A stretch of 63,899 bases of DNA, the filler included, from Atractiella rhizophila (lineage: Eukaryota), in assembly GCA_021432655.1 (NCBI GenBank). It is 6 parts of 5 records of this genome, joined end to end, with 100 filler letters (N's around TTAATTAATTAA, not from the genome) between each part and the next. Parts side by side here need not be neighbours in the genome. Positions count along the whole stretch, not along the records: positions 62,896 to 63,899 come from MU271362.1; 5 more parts are not named here. One strand, given 5' to 3'. The notes beneath the pieces are model-generated. The model made no database searches and was not told where the DNA came from. It saw only the letters and a list, made by a program, of their open reading frames with translations. Shown one piece after another: positions 63,320 through 63,899 of this stretch (position 1 is the first letter of the stretch; each line of letters opens with the position of its first letter). The position numbers and the translations under genes are program-made.

Positions 63320-63899
63320 TTACAACTTGTTGCTATTCTTCTTCTCGATCCTTATTACAACCTGGCGAGCCCGCATTAGCCAGTCGCCTGTACTTCGAAA
63401 CAAGCACATACCTTCCCGAACTGTGATCCGTTCTGAATTGTAAAGAAAGGAAAGGTAAGCGAGCATTCTTTTACAAAGACGCGGGGACGAGTGATTGTAT
63501 GAACGAACCTTGAGAGTCTGAAATCCTTCTTCCGCGTTCTCCAAACCGTCAATATAGCTGTGCACCACCGGTTTGATGTTGTGCTTTCCAATGAACTCGA
63601 CCGCGGCCTTGAATTCCTCGAGTGATCCCATAGTCGACCCTGTCAGCAAATTTGAGCGCCACACACAACGGCATGATCGGGAAATTACCTTTGAGCTCGA
63701 TGTTCTGCAGGACAAGATGCATAGAGACTGGGACTTCGCCACCTTGCGTCATTCCGTAAATGACGATGGTTCCTATGCTGGAGTTAGTAAAATGCTCCAA
63801 GTTCGAAAGGAAAGGGAGAGACAAACCTCCAGCTTTCATGATCTTAGGCACCTGCAGGGCTATTTTGCCTCCTCCCGAATCGATGACTGTGTCAAGCAC
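63320..63899 (-). CDS. Medium-chain (zinc-type) dehydrogenase/reductase, 3' part
   Basis: LDTVIDSGGG, GTIVIYGMT, QNIELKG/STMGSLEEFKAAVEFI..HNIKPVV, GSQFGK/VVIRI. Confidence 0.88.

Noticed and set aside
1..63899. CRISPR arrays, tRNA/rRNA genes, intact transposons, telomeric repeats
   Set aside because: None was recognisable by eye on either strand; small or intron-containing RNA genes could have been missed.

Overview
Intron-rich fungal genomic DNA, most likely a basidiomycete (possibly Pucciniomycotina; inferred from gene content, ~50-60 nt introns and degenerate GTnnGT donors). It comes from a draft assembly in which pieces are joined by five synthetic 100-bp spacers (44 N + TTAATTAATTAA + 44 N), plus a 25-N gap and a 690-N gap. 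About 25 ordinary fungal genes are present, including RPS21, a UBX protein, proteasome alpha4, an HGT1-like sugar porter, an amidase, a PCID2/CSN12 protein, an epsinR/Ent3 protein, a Zn2Cys6 TF, a GMC oxidoreductase, a chitin synthase, a carboxylesterase, mL58 and an MDR dehydrogenase. The most striking signal is at 24911-26749: this segment is written backwards without complementation. Its right part is a mirror image of 28808-29388, and its base-wise complement read left to right encodes a properly spliced DUF6534 membrane-protein gene that no six-frame translation shows. This is almost certainly an in-silico reversal, not biology. Three near-identical local duplications look like haplotype or gap-fill artefacts. 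Smaller biological leads are three unusually long introns, a possible Sac3-like/PCI head-to-head pair, GC-AG introns, an atypical Zn2Cys6 spacing and a signal-peptide amidase. I found no well-supported novel biological system.
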